From Euryarchaeota archaeon SCGC AAA252-I15 (GTDB lineage: Archaea; Altiarchaeota; Altiarchaeia; IMC4; SCGC-AAA252-I15), in the NCBI GenBank assembly GCA_000402775.1, contig AQSC01000060.1:31780-95779 (forward strand): a stretch of 64,000 nt of DNA, read 5' to 3'. The notes beneath the pieces were generated by a model that searched no databases, was not told the DNA's origin, and saw nothing but the letters and a program-made list of their open reading frames with translations. Within the stretch, counting starts at the first letter, position 1; each line of letters begins with the position of its first letter. This document shows, piece by piece, positions 27,254 to 35,954 of this stretch. Position numbers and translations under genes: made by a program.

Positions 27254-29911
27254 ATGGCTTCTTGGCACTCTATTGAAAAAACCGATGTTTATGAAAAGCT
27301 TTCCTCCAGCGAGGATGGGCTCTCGGAAGCCGAATCTTCAAAGCGGCTTGAATCGTATGGAGTGAACGAGCTTAAGCGCGAGAAGAGAATCACTCCATTA
27401 CAACTTTTTCTGAATCAGTTCAAGGATTTCCTGGTTTTGATTCTGATTGCCTCAGCCTTGGTTTCTCTCGGCATCGGCTTCATTCAACACACTGAGGAGG
27501 AGGTCGTCGAGGCATTGGCAATACTGGTCGTTGTCGCATTCATCACGATTGTGGGATTCGTCCAGGAGTTTAAGGCCGAGAAGGAGCTTGAGGCGTTGAA
27601 GAAGATGGTGTCCCCCGAGGCGATTGTCGTCCGTGATGGGGAGCAGGTGAAAATCGACGCGAAATTGATTGTTCCGGGAGACATACTCGTCCTTGAGGCG
27701 GGGGATAAGGTGCCGGCGGATGCGAGAATCATCGAGGAAATCGATCTTCGAGTTAATGAGTCGGCTTTGACCGGAGAGTCACTTCCAGTCCAAAAAGAGG
27801 ATGCGATTCTAACCGAAAAAACACCTCTCGCAGACAGACGGAATATGGTGTACACCGGAACAATAGTAACTTACGGGAAAGCCAGGGCTGTGGTAGTCGA
27901 AACCGGAATGAACACCGAACTTGGGAAAATCGCAGGCCACATTCAAGACATTGAATCCGAGAAAACCCCCTTGCAGATTCGACTCGACACTGTGGGAAAA
28001 CAAATCGGGTTGATTGTAATCGTGTTAAGCATAATCATGTTCATCATAGGATTGATTTCGGGTGCGGGAAGCCCCATAACCCTTTTTCTCGCAGCAGTAG
28101 CCTTGGCTGTTGCGGCAGTCCCTGAAGGCCTTCCAGCAGTCGTAACTGTAACCCTGGCTCGCGGAATGCGGAAGATGGTTGAAAAACACGCCATAGTTCG
28201 CAGGCTCACAGCAGTCGAAACACTCGGGTCAACCACCGTGATCTGCTCTGACAAAACAGGGACTTTAACGAGAAACGAGATGACAGTCAGAAAAATATAC
28301 GTTGGAGGAGATCAAGCATCAGTCACAGGAAGAGGATACGAACCCAAAGGAGACTTCTCCCTCGACAAAAATCGCAAAGACTTAAGACTGCTCCTTGAAA
28401 TCAGCTCCCTATGCAACAACAGCTCGCTTACAAAAACCGGCGGCAGCTGGACGATAGTGGGCGACCCTACTGAAGCATCACTCGTAGTGGCAGCCTCCAA
28501 AGCAGGATTATGGCAGAAAAACCTTAAAAAAGAGTACCCCCGCGTAGGAGAACTCCCCTTCAGCTCTGAGCGTAAGATGATGACTACTTTGCACAAGAAT
28601 CCTGGTGGGGTTGAGGTGGCTTATGTTAAGGGTGCTTTGGACATCATACTCGGCTTGTGCACTAAAGTTATTCTGGGGGGTAGGGAAGTAGAGCTGACTG
28701 ATGAGAGGAGGGATGATATTCTTTCGATGAATGACGAGTACACTTCCCAGGCTTTGAGGGTTTTGGGGATGGCTTATCGAAAGGTTCCTAAAGGTTTGTC
28801 TCACGATGAAATCGAAAAAGACCTTGTTTTCGTAGGCTTCGCAGGCATGATCGACCCGCCCCGAATTGATGCCGTAAACGCCATTAAAGTGTGCAATACT
28901 GCGGGAATACGCACCGTCATGATCACGGGAGACCACAAGGGTACTGCAGTAGCCGTCGCAACCGAGATGGGTTTGTTTACCGGCAAGGAAAAAGTGCTTG
29001 AAGGAGTGGATCTTGAGGAAATCTCTGACGAGGAACTTGAAGATGTCGTCGGGGAAGTGGCGATTTATGCGAGAGTTTCGCCTGAACACAAACTTCGAAT
29101 AGTTAACGCACTGAAAAAACAGGGTGAGATAGTCGCAATGACTGGTGACGGAGTGAACGATGCGCCAGCACTGAAGAAAGCAGACATCGGAGTTGCCATG
29201 GGAATTACGGGAACCGAAGTCTCAAAGGAGGCGGCGGACATGGTCTTAGCCGACGACAACTTCGCATCCATTGTCTCGGCCGTTGAGGAGGGAAGGGGAA
29301 TATTCGACAACATAAAGCTTTTCATAAAATACCTTTTGTCGTGCAACATCGGGGAGGTGTTAACGATATTCATCGGAATAATAGGTTGGGCTAGACTCCC
29401 ACTCCTACCCCTTCAAATCCTTTGGATGAACCTGCTCACGGACGCCGCCCCCGCCCTAGCTCTAGGATTCAATCCCAAAGACCCGGACATCATGGAGCGG
29501 CCACCGCGAGACCCGGAGGAAGGAATTATCACAAAACAGACTTTAACGCGGTTTCTAGGCATCGGCATTCTTATGAGCGCTGGAACACTTATAGTGTTTG
29601 CATTGATGCTCTCTCAAGACCCGGGCAAGGCGCAGACGCTGGCTTTCACAACGCTGGTACTCTTCCAGATGTTTTATGTCCTCTCTTGTCGAAGCGAGAA
29701 GTTCACTTTATTTAAGGTTGGATTACTCTCAAATGCGTATCTCATCCTCGCAGTCGTATTTTCCGTCTTAATGCACATTGCAGTTGTGAGTATACCATTT
29801 CTTCAAGACATATTCAACACAGTCTCCTTATCCTATTCTGACTGGTTTATCGCGGTCGCCATCTCTTCGACCGCATTTATTATCCCGGAGGCTTTAAAGC
29901 TTAGGAAATGA
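27254..29911 (+). CDS. P-type ATPase, type IIA (Ca2+-transporting, SERCA/PMR-like)
   Basis: 885 aa. TGES, phosphorylation site CSDKTGTLT, TGDHKGTA, MTGDGVNDAPALKKADIG, and 10-TM topology. Confidence 0.9.
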   Translation: MASWHSIEKTDVYEKLSSSEDGLSEAESSKRLESYGVNELKREKRITPLQLFLNQFKDFLVLILIASALVSLGIGFIQHTEEEVVEALAILVVVAFITIVGFVQEFKAEKELEALKKMVSPEAIVVRDGEQVKIDAKLIVPGDILVLEAGDKVPADARIIEEIDLRVNESALTGESLPVQKEDAILTEKTPLADRRNMVYTGTIVTYGKARAVVVETGMNTELGKIAGHIQDIESEKTPLQIRLDTVGKQIGLIVIVLSIIMFIIGLISGAGSPITLFLAAVALAVAAVPEGLPAVVTVTLARGMRKMVEKHAIVRRLTAVETLGSTTVICSDKTGTLTRNEMTVRKIYVGGDQASVTGRGYEPKGDFSLDKNRKDLRLLLEISSLCNNSSLTKTGGSWTIVGDPTEASLVVAASKAGLWQKNLKKEYPRVGELPFSSERKMMTTLHKNPGGVEVAYVKGALDIILGLCTKVILGGREVELTDERRDDILSMNDEYTSQALRVLGMAYRKVPKGLSHDEIEKDLVFVGFAGMIDPPRIDAVNAIKVCNTAGIRTVMITGDHKGTAVAVATEMGLFTGKEKVLEGVDLEEISDEELEDVVGEVAIYARVSPEHKLRIVNALKKQGEIVAMTGDGVNDAPALKKADIGVAMGITGTEVSKEAADMVLADDNFASIVSAVEEGRGIFDNIKLFIKYLLSCNIGEVLTIFIGIIGWARLPLLPLQILWMNLLTDAAPALALGFNPKDPDIMERPPRDPEEGIITKQTLTRFLGIGILMSAGTLIVFALMLSQDPGKAQTLAFTTLVLFQMFYVLSCRSEKFTLFKVGLLSNAYLILAVVFSVLMHIAVVSIPFLQDIFNTVSLSYSDWFIAVAISSTAFIIPEALKLRK

Positions 29912-30495
29912 AGCGGGTAGGCGTGCTCTCAGTTCAAGGGGATGTGAGTGAACACACAACTTTTCTAAGTAAAGTTTGCACGACTGATTTTAAGGTCTCC
30001 GAAGTTAAGACTAAAGACACAATAGAACAGGTTGATGCCCTTGTTTTTCCGGGTGGGGAATCAACGACCATCGGCAAGCTTTTGAGAGAGTATGAAGTCG
30101 ATATCGTTTTGAAAAAGATTGCTTCTAAAGGAATCCCAATCCTCGGCACCTGCGCGGGACTTGTCCTTCTAGCAAAAGAGGGGGACGAGCAAATTGAAAA
30201 AACCCGGCAGCCACTTCTCGAAGTCGTCGACATTAAGGTTTCGCGCAACGCCTTCGGCCCCCAGCGGGAAAGCTTCGAGCACACCCTTGAAATACCAGTC
30301 TTGGGTGGGAAACCTTATCCCGGAGTCTTCATCCGCGCTCCCGCAATCGACAAGAGTTGGGGTAAAGTAAAATCCTTGTGCGAGTTCGAGGGAAGGATTA
30401 TCGCAGCCCAACAGGAAAACATAATCGTCACGGCATTTCACCCCGAACTTTCAGGCGACATGCGCCTGCACGAATACTTCCTGGATTTAATCTAG
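29908..30495 (+). CDS. pdxT: Pyridoxal 5'-phosphate synthase glutaminase subunit PdxT
   Basis: GVLSVQGDVSEH, PGGESTT, catalytic GTCAG, and FHPEL. ATGA overlap with the ATPase stop. Confidence 0.85.
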   Translation: MKRVGVLSVQGDVSEHTTFLSKVCTTDFKVSEVKTKDTIEQVDALVFPGGESTTIGKLLREYEVDIVLKKIASKGIPILGTCAGLVLLAKEGDEQIEKTRQPLLEVVDIKVSRNAFGPQRESFEHTLEIPVLGGKPYPGVFIRAPAIDKSWGKVKSLCEFEGRIIAAQQENIIVTAFHPELSGDMRLHEYFLDLI

Positions 30496-30518
30496 AAAAC
30501 CCTTTTATTAAACCTAAA

Positions 30519-31430
30519 ATGCGTTTTTTCCGTCGCAAGCGTAAAAGAACGGTGATGCCGGGGGAGCTTACTCGCAAGAACGCCTGCGAGGCGATTGAGG
30601 CGGCACTCGACCCCCTCCTTGCCGCTCGAGCGCACTTTGACAGGGGTGAGAGCGTTTCTACGAGACTTGACTGGTGTGGTGAGCCCGTTGACACAAAGGA
30701 GTTTCTAGCCAAGTTTAACGCGCCCAAAACGTTTCAGGGGTCTTCCGGGGAGATTCATTTCAGCTTTCCGCAGGCTTTTAAACCAATCCTCGCAATACCC
30801 CCCACACATAGCAGAGACTGTTTTTTGCGGGAGGGTGATGTGGACGTCGCAGTCTACCCGTTTGTTCTGGGACTTGGAAGAAGCGTTTTCCCTGAAGAGT
30901 CAGAGTATCCGACGAGAGACCCTTCATCAGGCGACGTGAAAAGACACTGGAACGACCACCTCAAAAAAATGTACGCACTCTCGTTTGAGGGCGACGACAT
31001 GACGTGCTGGGGAATCTACGATCTCATGCTTTTTAAAGACCATCCACCGGTCGTAAGACAATATGAACTGCAGAACACAGTATTGTTCATGGATGAAAAC
31101 GTGAGGGATGAATTGCGAGGGCTTAAGGACGGGCTCTCTGGAAGGGACCGCAATAAATGGGGTAACCATTACTCGCGTATACTTCGTAAAACGGAAAACC
31201 GGCAGTTCACTCAGGCGGTCCCCGCCTTCGCCTACCAGCACAGGGCGAGCCTGCTGCCGCTCACAGTTGCCGACGCCATGGGCAGGATGGGCGTGAAACA
31301 CTTTTCCACGAGAGGCTCAATACCCAACGACAGATCAGTCTACACCCAGTCCTACAACTTCTTAAAAAACTGCGAAACCGGCTTAGAGATCATGAGCTTC
31401 GATGACCTGGAGTGTATGATACGAAAATAG
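30519..31430 (+). CDS. Uncharacterised protein, paralog A of a two-member family in this window
   Basis: ATG 30519; the track start at 30378 lies inside pdxT. Shares with the 32195 gene the blocks W.GEP.D, F.AP..FQG, FPE.S..PTRDP, GRDR..W..HY.RILR and VPAFAYQHRA.LLPL. Confidence 0.65.
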   Translation: MRFFRRKRKRTVMPGELTRKNACEAIEAALDPLLAARAHFDRGESVSTRLDWCGEPVDTKEFLAKFNAPKTFQGSSGEIHFSFPQAFKPILAIPPTHSRDCFLREGDVDVAVYPFVLGLGRSVFPEESEYPTRDPSSGDVKRHWNDHLKKMYALSFEGDDMTCWGIYDLMLFKDHPPVVRQYELQNTVLFMDENVRDELRGLKDGLSGRDRNKWGNHYSRILRKTENRQFTQAVPAFAYQHRASLLPLTVADAMGRMGVKHFSTRGSIPNDRSVYTQSYNFLKNCETGLEIMSFDDLECMIRK

Positions 31431-31470
31431 ATTAAATAGCCGATGAAATAAACTCGAAGAGAATATCTTA

Positions 31471-31989
31471 CTATGCAAGCGGCGGATGCCGTCTACCAAG
31501 CTCCTTTCCTGCGATTCTTTTCGCGTCGAATCGATCGGTTTCAGCTATGTGCGATAAAAGTTTTTCAATCCGGTCTTGAGTAGGCTTGTCTTGAGCGTTA
31601 GTCGAGTTTCCTATGCGAATAATGGATCTTGCTGCCTTCACCCGCACCGTTGAAAAAAATTTTTTCTCGCCATCATCCGGTTGTTTAAAAACCTTTTCCA
31701 GATAATCGAATGCAAGGGGATTTTCCGTATCCCCCAATGCTTCAGCAGCTTTTTCACGACCGGTCGTATAGGGCGCGTCCTCGGTCAAGTATGAACCTAT
31801 ACGGGATATACACTCTTGGGCAAGCTCGGGTTTGGGGGAATGTGAAATACGGGCAAGTTGAGTTAAAGCGAGCATCCTTTCAGTCTCCACTCCCTCGTCT
31901 AGGATTTTGGAGAAATGCTTGAACTCGGTGATTGCTACTGAATAGGGGGTTGGTGTCTTGGAATCCGATTTTTCAACTGTTTTTACCAT
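31471..31989 (-). CDS. HEAT (PBS-lyase-type) repeat protein
   Basis: KAAEALGDTENPLAFDYLEKVF and VRVKAARSIIRIGNS are classic HEAT_PBS-like repeats. ATG 31989 is preferred; the track TTG 32082 would add a weak hydrophobic N-terminus. Confidence 0.55.
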   Translation of the reverse strand: MVKTVEKSDSKTPTPYSVAITEFKHFSKILDEGVETERMLALTQLARISHSPKPELAQECISRIGSYLTEDAPYTTGREKAAEALGDTENPLAFDYLEKVFKQPDDGEKKFFSTVRVKAARSIIRIGNSTNAQDKPTQDRIEKLLSHIAETDRFDAKRIAGKELGRRHPPLA

Positions 31990-32085
31990 CACTAATAATA
32001 GGATTATGGAGAATAAAATATCTTTCGATAAGATAGCTAACTTAGTTGAATATGAATAATTATTGTAGGTCTTGCAAGTCAAGGT

Positions 32086-32157
32086 AACTTCTTAAAAGCC
32101 TGTAAGAGGGGGTTGAGTGTAATGAGCTTCGACGACCTAGAGAATATGATACGTTAA
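32086..32157 (+). pseudogene. Decayed 3' fragment of a third copy of the 30519/32195 family
   Basis: Translates to NFLKACKRGLSVMSFDDLENMIR*, versus the C-terminus of paralog A, NFLKNCETGLEIMSFDDLECMIRK*. By hand alignment, 50 of 68 nt are identical to 31347-31414. No upstream coding body remains. Confidence 0.7.
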
Positions 32158-32194
32158 AACTGATTTAATCTAGTTCTCCAATGGGTTATTGTTT

Positions 32195-33094
32195 ATGGAA
32201 AAGGTTTCAGAAGCGCCCGATCCTTTGACGGTCGGCAATGCGGGTAAACGGCTTAAATTAGCGCTCATGCCTTTTATCGCAGCGGTTGTTGACGTGCCTG
32301 AAACTCAAACTATTGGTATTGGTACTGACTCGAATGTTTCTGACAAGCTTAAGTGGGTGGGAGAGCCAATCGACGTAGCAAAGCTTCTTGAAGGGTTTCA
32401 CGCGCCCTCTTCTTTTCAGGGTCCTAAGGGGGATGTACCGTATAGTTTCCCACGTAAGGTAAATATTTTACTTTTAAATCCCCCCATACTTTCAAGGATG
32501 TTTGACACATATCCAGGAGACATGGACGTTATGACGTACAAGTTCTCAATCGGCATGGCCAGGAGCAGGTTTCCTGAAGACTCTGGCATTCCAACAAGAG
32601 ATCCTGAAGGTGGAAAAATCAGAGGGCTTTGGCGTTGGAGCGCGAAATCAACTAGTGACGTTAAATACACGGGTAGTGAAGCAACCTGCTGGGCTAACTG
32701 CGATCTGTATATCCCAGGCAATGGGAAGCCTTTCATGGAATTAAAGGACCTTCAAAATAGCAGACTTAGCCTCGACTCTTCAACTTACAGGGAAATCGAG
32801 AATATTCGCGACGGCTTAACTGGGAGGGATAGAAAATCCTGGAAATCCCACTACAATCGTATTTTAAGAGATACAATTGAGAGTGTCCCAGCTTTCGCCT
32901 ACCAGCACCGCGCGATGCTGCTTCCGCTTGTCGTAATCTCGGCGATGAAGAACTTGGGTGTGGAAGATTTTGTATTACGTCACGACGAACACTCAAGGAG
33001 CATTTATCAACAAACCTTCGGCTTCCTCTCCCAGTGTGAGACGAAAGTGAACTTGCACGACCCTGAATTCATTGACAAGTTAAAAAAGACTTAA
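32195..33094 (+). CDS. Uncharacterised protein, paralog B of the 30519 family
   Basis: ATG 32195 (track TTG 32189). Conserved blocks shared with paralog A (see that entry). Confidence 0.65.
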   Translation: MEKVSEAPDPLTVGNAGKRLKLALMPFIAAVVDVPETQTIGIGTDSNVSDKLKWVGEPIDVAKLLEGFHAPSSFQGPKGDVPYSFPRKVNILLLNPPILSRMFDTYPGDMDVMTYKFSIGMARSRFPEDSGIPTRDPEGGKIRGLWRWSAKSTSDVKYTGSEATCWANCDLYIPGNGKPFMELKDLQNSRLSLDSSTYREIENIRDGLTGRDRKSWKSHYNRILRDTIESVPAFAYQHRAMLLPLVVISAMKNLGVEDFVLRHDEHSRSIYQQTFGFLSQCETKVNLHDPEFIDKLKKT

Positions 33095-33111
33095 GTCTTA
33101 ATACTTATTTT

Positions 33112-33489
33112 ATGGCGGAAGTCTTAGACTATAAAATCGTCCAAAAGTTGTTGAACCACAGCGAGGGATTGCATGTATTCCAGGTTATGGCCAGGAATGA
33201 GTATTTGAGTGGGAAAACCCAGAGGCCCTCAGTCCTCTTAATTTCCGACGAAGACTTGTTTTACGGCGGAATCACGGGAGAGAGAAAGTTCAACCGAATC
33301 CCTAAAACATCGATTAATTCAGTTAGGAAAGTTGGAAAGCTCCTGCTAACCTCAATAAAAGTCGAATACTCCTACAAAGACGCTTCAAAAAAAGTTTTTT
33401 TCTGCCCCTTTACCGGACACCCGGAATTGCCAAAAATCGATTCAAAAGAGCTCGAGGAACTTGAAGACTTGATACAAGTTTTAGGGTGA
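33112..33489 (+). CDS. Hypothetical protein (125 aa), possibly a PH-like fold
   Basis: Intact ORF 17 nt after paralog B. The pattern of short beta-strand-like segments followed by a C-terminal helix (SKELEELEDLIQVLG) is only suggestive. Confidence 0.45.
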   Translation: MAEVLDYKIVQKLLNHSEGLHVFQVMARNEYLSGKTQRPSVLLISDEDLFYGGITGERKFNRIPKTSINSVRKVGKLLLTSIKVEYSYKDASKKVFFCPFTGHPELPKIDSKELEELEDLIQVLG

Positions 33490-33660
33490 ATAGTCTCGCG
33501 TGTACACTCCGTATTCCCGGAGGTTGCAGTATGCGCGCTCTTGCTAGACGTCATATCAAGCCTCACGGCGGATTCGGATTAAGCTTCAATTTAAGAAGAG
33601 GATATGATGCCTCCTTACGTGTTTACAACTCAAAAGGAAAAGTTTTTCAAACCGCTTTTT

Positions 33661-35133
33661 TTATTGCGTGTTTGGCTGGTTTATGGGGTTTAAGGGTCTT
33701 TGGTTGTTTATTATTTGGATGCTGTTTGCGAGCATTTTCCCGGTCATTTTTTCGTCTCGGGTGGCTCGTGAGTTTGAGGCTGTGTGGCCTGAGCAGTAGA
33801 ATGTTGTGCCTCCTTCGGCTGCGGCTTCGTAGAGGCGGTTGGGCCTGGCCCATTCGTTTATTATTACGTCCGTCACGTATCCACCGATGGTGTGAGTCCT
33901 CAACGCTTCTTCGACGTCTTCCTCCACGACCAGAGGGCCCCTTGCAATGTTTACGAGAAGCGCCGTCTTCTTCATTTTGGAAAGTGCTTCAGCGTTTATC
34001 ATTCCTTCAGTGGGTTTGGAGCCTGCCGCTTTCGCTTCAGCGGTCAGGTCGGATTCCTTGATCAATGCGGGGGATAGGATGACTACGTCCGCGGTTGCCA
34101 GTGTTTCGTCGTCGAGCTCTGTTTTGAACGAGACAGGATTTTCGCCTTTTTTTACGGCCTCGTCTGGGTGAGCCACGGCGAGGCCTTTGTAGGTCGAATC
34201 GAAGAAGCCTGCAAGTACAGCCTTCTTTTCGTCTGCTAACTTGGGTTTCGGGTCGACAATCGTGATGGATCCTTCCCCGCCCACGTTGGGTAAAAAGGGT
34301 ATAATCCGTTTGGCGGTTTCGAATCCGACGTCTCCTCCACCCACGATGACTACGTTTTTCCCTTGCAAGTCCTCGTGCCTGCCCCACGTCATCGAGCATC
34401 CAGTCTGACGGCCCCTGTGCGTCTGGTCGATCCATTCCGGAAGGTTTAAGACGCCGGTCAAGGTGAGTGCAAGCGCCGTCTCAGAGACGGTGTGCATTAG
34501 GGCTCCGGGTGCGTTGGTTAGTTGGATGCCTTTTTCTCCCGCATAATCTTTGTTTTTGTTGTCGTGGCCGGTGCCGCACGAGCAAATCCATTTGACCCCT
34601 TTTTCGGCTGCCGCGTCTATGACTTGCTCGTCGACGGGTTCTAAAAAGCAGTATACCCCGTCTAAGGGCCCTTCATGCTCTCGGATGATTTTCGTAATCT
34701 GGGGGGCCTTAAGCGGTGTAGGGTGATTGTACTCGTCAACGGTTATGTGCTCGCGTAGAAAACGAACCTCTTCAGTGTTAACATCCTCAAGGCTCGGCAG
34801 AGGATACGTCGAAAGCGCCCGCGCCCTAACCTCTCCGGTTGCCTCGTGGTGTACGACATGATCCCACAATTGGTCATCTGGCACGATAGCCGGGCCCAAG
34901 GGGTCGAAGCTGTTTCCAAAAAGCTCTGCAGCCAGTCCGGGGTTTGCTCCGACTTGGTTGAAAATCCTCGCCTGGTCTTCGGGAGGCAATTGGGAGATTA
35001 CTGAAAGCGCGGAAGCCAGCGGGCGCGAAAGCTCGGGGTGTTGTACGAGTTGCCCGTTTATGAAGGAGTTTGCGCGAGTAACATCCCCAAAATCTGCGGA
35101 TGCCTGGGAAACCCTCTTCTGAGTAATCTTCAT
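33661..35133 (-). CDS. D-isomer-specific 2-hydroxyacid dehydrogenase family protein with a ~130-aa N-terminal extension
   Basis: NAD motif VVIVGGGDVGFETAKRI, NIARGPLVVEEDVEEAL, and catalytic-His context CSGHTAS. The N-terminal ~130 aa has no recognisable match. Confidence 0.7.
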   Translation of the reverse strand: MKITQKRVSQASADFGDVTRANSFINGQLVQHPELSRPLASALSVISQLPPEDQARIFNQVGANPGLAAELFGNSFDPLGPAIVPDDQLWDHVVHHEATGEVRARALSTYPLPSLEDVNTEEVRFLREHITVDEYNHPTPLKAPQITKIIREHEGPLDGVYCFLEPVDEQVIDAAAEKGVKWICSCGTGHDNKNKDYAGEKGIQLTNAPGALMHTVSETALALTLTGVLNLPEWIDQTHRGRQTGCSMTWGRHEDLQGKNVVIVGGGDVGFETAKRIIPFLPNVGGEGSITIVDPKPKLADEKKAVLAGFFDSTYKGLAVAHPDEAVKKGENPVSFKTELDDETLATADVVILSPALIKESDLTAEAKAAGSKPTEGMINAEALSKMKKTALLVNIARGPLVVEEDVEEALRTHTIGGYVTDVIINEWARPNRLYEAAAEGGTTFYCSGHTASNSRATRDEKMTGKMLANSIQIINNQRPLNPINQPNTQ

Positions 35134-35160
35134 ATAAAGTTTATGGAACGTAATCTTTAA

Positions 35161-35673
35161 ATGATGTTATCCTTTATCGACAAGGCAGGTTTGAATGAAG
35201 GTTGGATTTACGAGGTGATCGTCGAGTCTTCGGACGGGCATGCCGCCCCCATGGGTGTGAAATTTGGAAGATCAGATGGGGTTGAGGTTTCCATTTATAA
35301 TTCTTCAAAGACTGCGAAAAAGATTTCTAGAGAGGATTCTTTCAGGATTTATTTCGTGGATGATGTTTCCGACGTCAAGATTGTGTTGGATTCCAAGCGG
35401 ATGAGAAAGGATTTTGCGAGTGCTTTACTTGAGGTTTCGGTCGAGAAGACAGTGGAATTAAAAGACGTGGTGAAAGTTTTCGGAAGAATTTCTTCCTGGG
35501 AGATTAAAGATGACTTCACTCCGATAAATCGGGCTCCATCCCTGTTTCTTGAAGCCTTGATCGAGTCGACAAAGCCCAATCCGCGGAAGGGAACAATCCG
35601 TGAATGCCTTAGAGTTATTTCAAAGGTGGCTCCCAAATCAGCCTATGAAAAGAAGATTAAGACGCTTCTTTAA
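35161..35673 (+). CDS. DUF447-like protein (putative flavin-binding split-barrel)
   Basis: 170 aa. N-terminal GWIYEVIVESSDGHAAPMGVKF resembles the DUF447 pattern (E.I.tT....APmGv). Assignment is from memory. Confidence 0.45.
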   Translation: MMLSFIDKAGLNEGWIYEVIVESSDGHAAPMGVKFGRSDGVEVSIYNSSKTAKKISREDSFRIYFVDDVSDVKIVLDSKRMRKDFASALLEVSVEKTVELKDVVKVFGRISSWEIKDDFTPINRAPSLFLEALIESTKPNPRKGTIRECLRVISKVAPKSAYEKKIKTLL

Positions 35674-35951
35674 AACCTTAATTCAAAGGATTCTAATTCT
35701 TCAGTCGGCTTTTCCCAGTGTATTTCAACTCCTTCGACGTGGGACATTTCAGGGCCCTTCCCACACCACTCAATCCCGCGGTCCACGTCCGCGGATTTTC
35801 CTTCAAAGACGACTTCCACCCTGCCTGATGGGAGATTTCTAACCCAACCGTACAGACCCAGCCTTTCAGCCATGTTTTTAGTGCTCGCCCTAAAATACAC
35901 TCCCTGAACGACGCCAGAAACCAGTAGGTGAGCTCGCTTTTTCTCTTCCAT
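35670..35951 (-). CDS. acyP: Acylphosphatase
   Basis: 93 aa. VSGVVQGVYFRASTKNMAERLGLYGWVRNLPSGRVEVVFEG is the canonical acylphosphatase signature. Confidence 0.85.
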   Translation of the reverse strand: MEEKKRAHLLVSGVVQGVYFRASTKNMAERLGLYGWVRNLPSGRVEVVFEGKSADVDRGIEWCGKGPEMSHVEGVEIHWEKPTEELESFELRF

Positions 35952-35954
35952 GAT

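Noticed and set aside
28508-29089. 193-aa ORF on the minus strand
   Set aside because: It is antisense to the conserved P-domain of the P-type ATPase, so it is a shadow ORF.
30378-30518. Track start of the paralog A ORF inside pdxT
   Set aside because: The first 47 codons overlap the pdxT 3' end in another frame. ATG 30519 lies just after the pdxT stop, and similarity to paralog B begins downstream of it.
31990-32082. TTG start at 32082 that would give the HEAT protein an N-terminal hydrophobic anchor
   Set aside because: The extra 31 codons are AT-rich and start at a non-ATG codon. They also overlap the relic gene fragment, and the hydrophobic stretch is only about 12 residues. The extension is kept as an alternative in the feature note.
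33601-33660. Possible C/D-box sRNA (atgatgc resembles a C box)
   Set aside because: There is no matching D box (CUGA) at an appropriate distance, and no terminal stem or C'/D' pair.
33486-34061. 191-aa ORF on the plus strand
   Set aside because: It is antisense to the 2-hydroxyacid dehydrogenase gene. The product is Cys/Leu/Arg-rich with no domain logic. The real gene on the other strand has clear NAD-binding and catalytic motifs.
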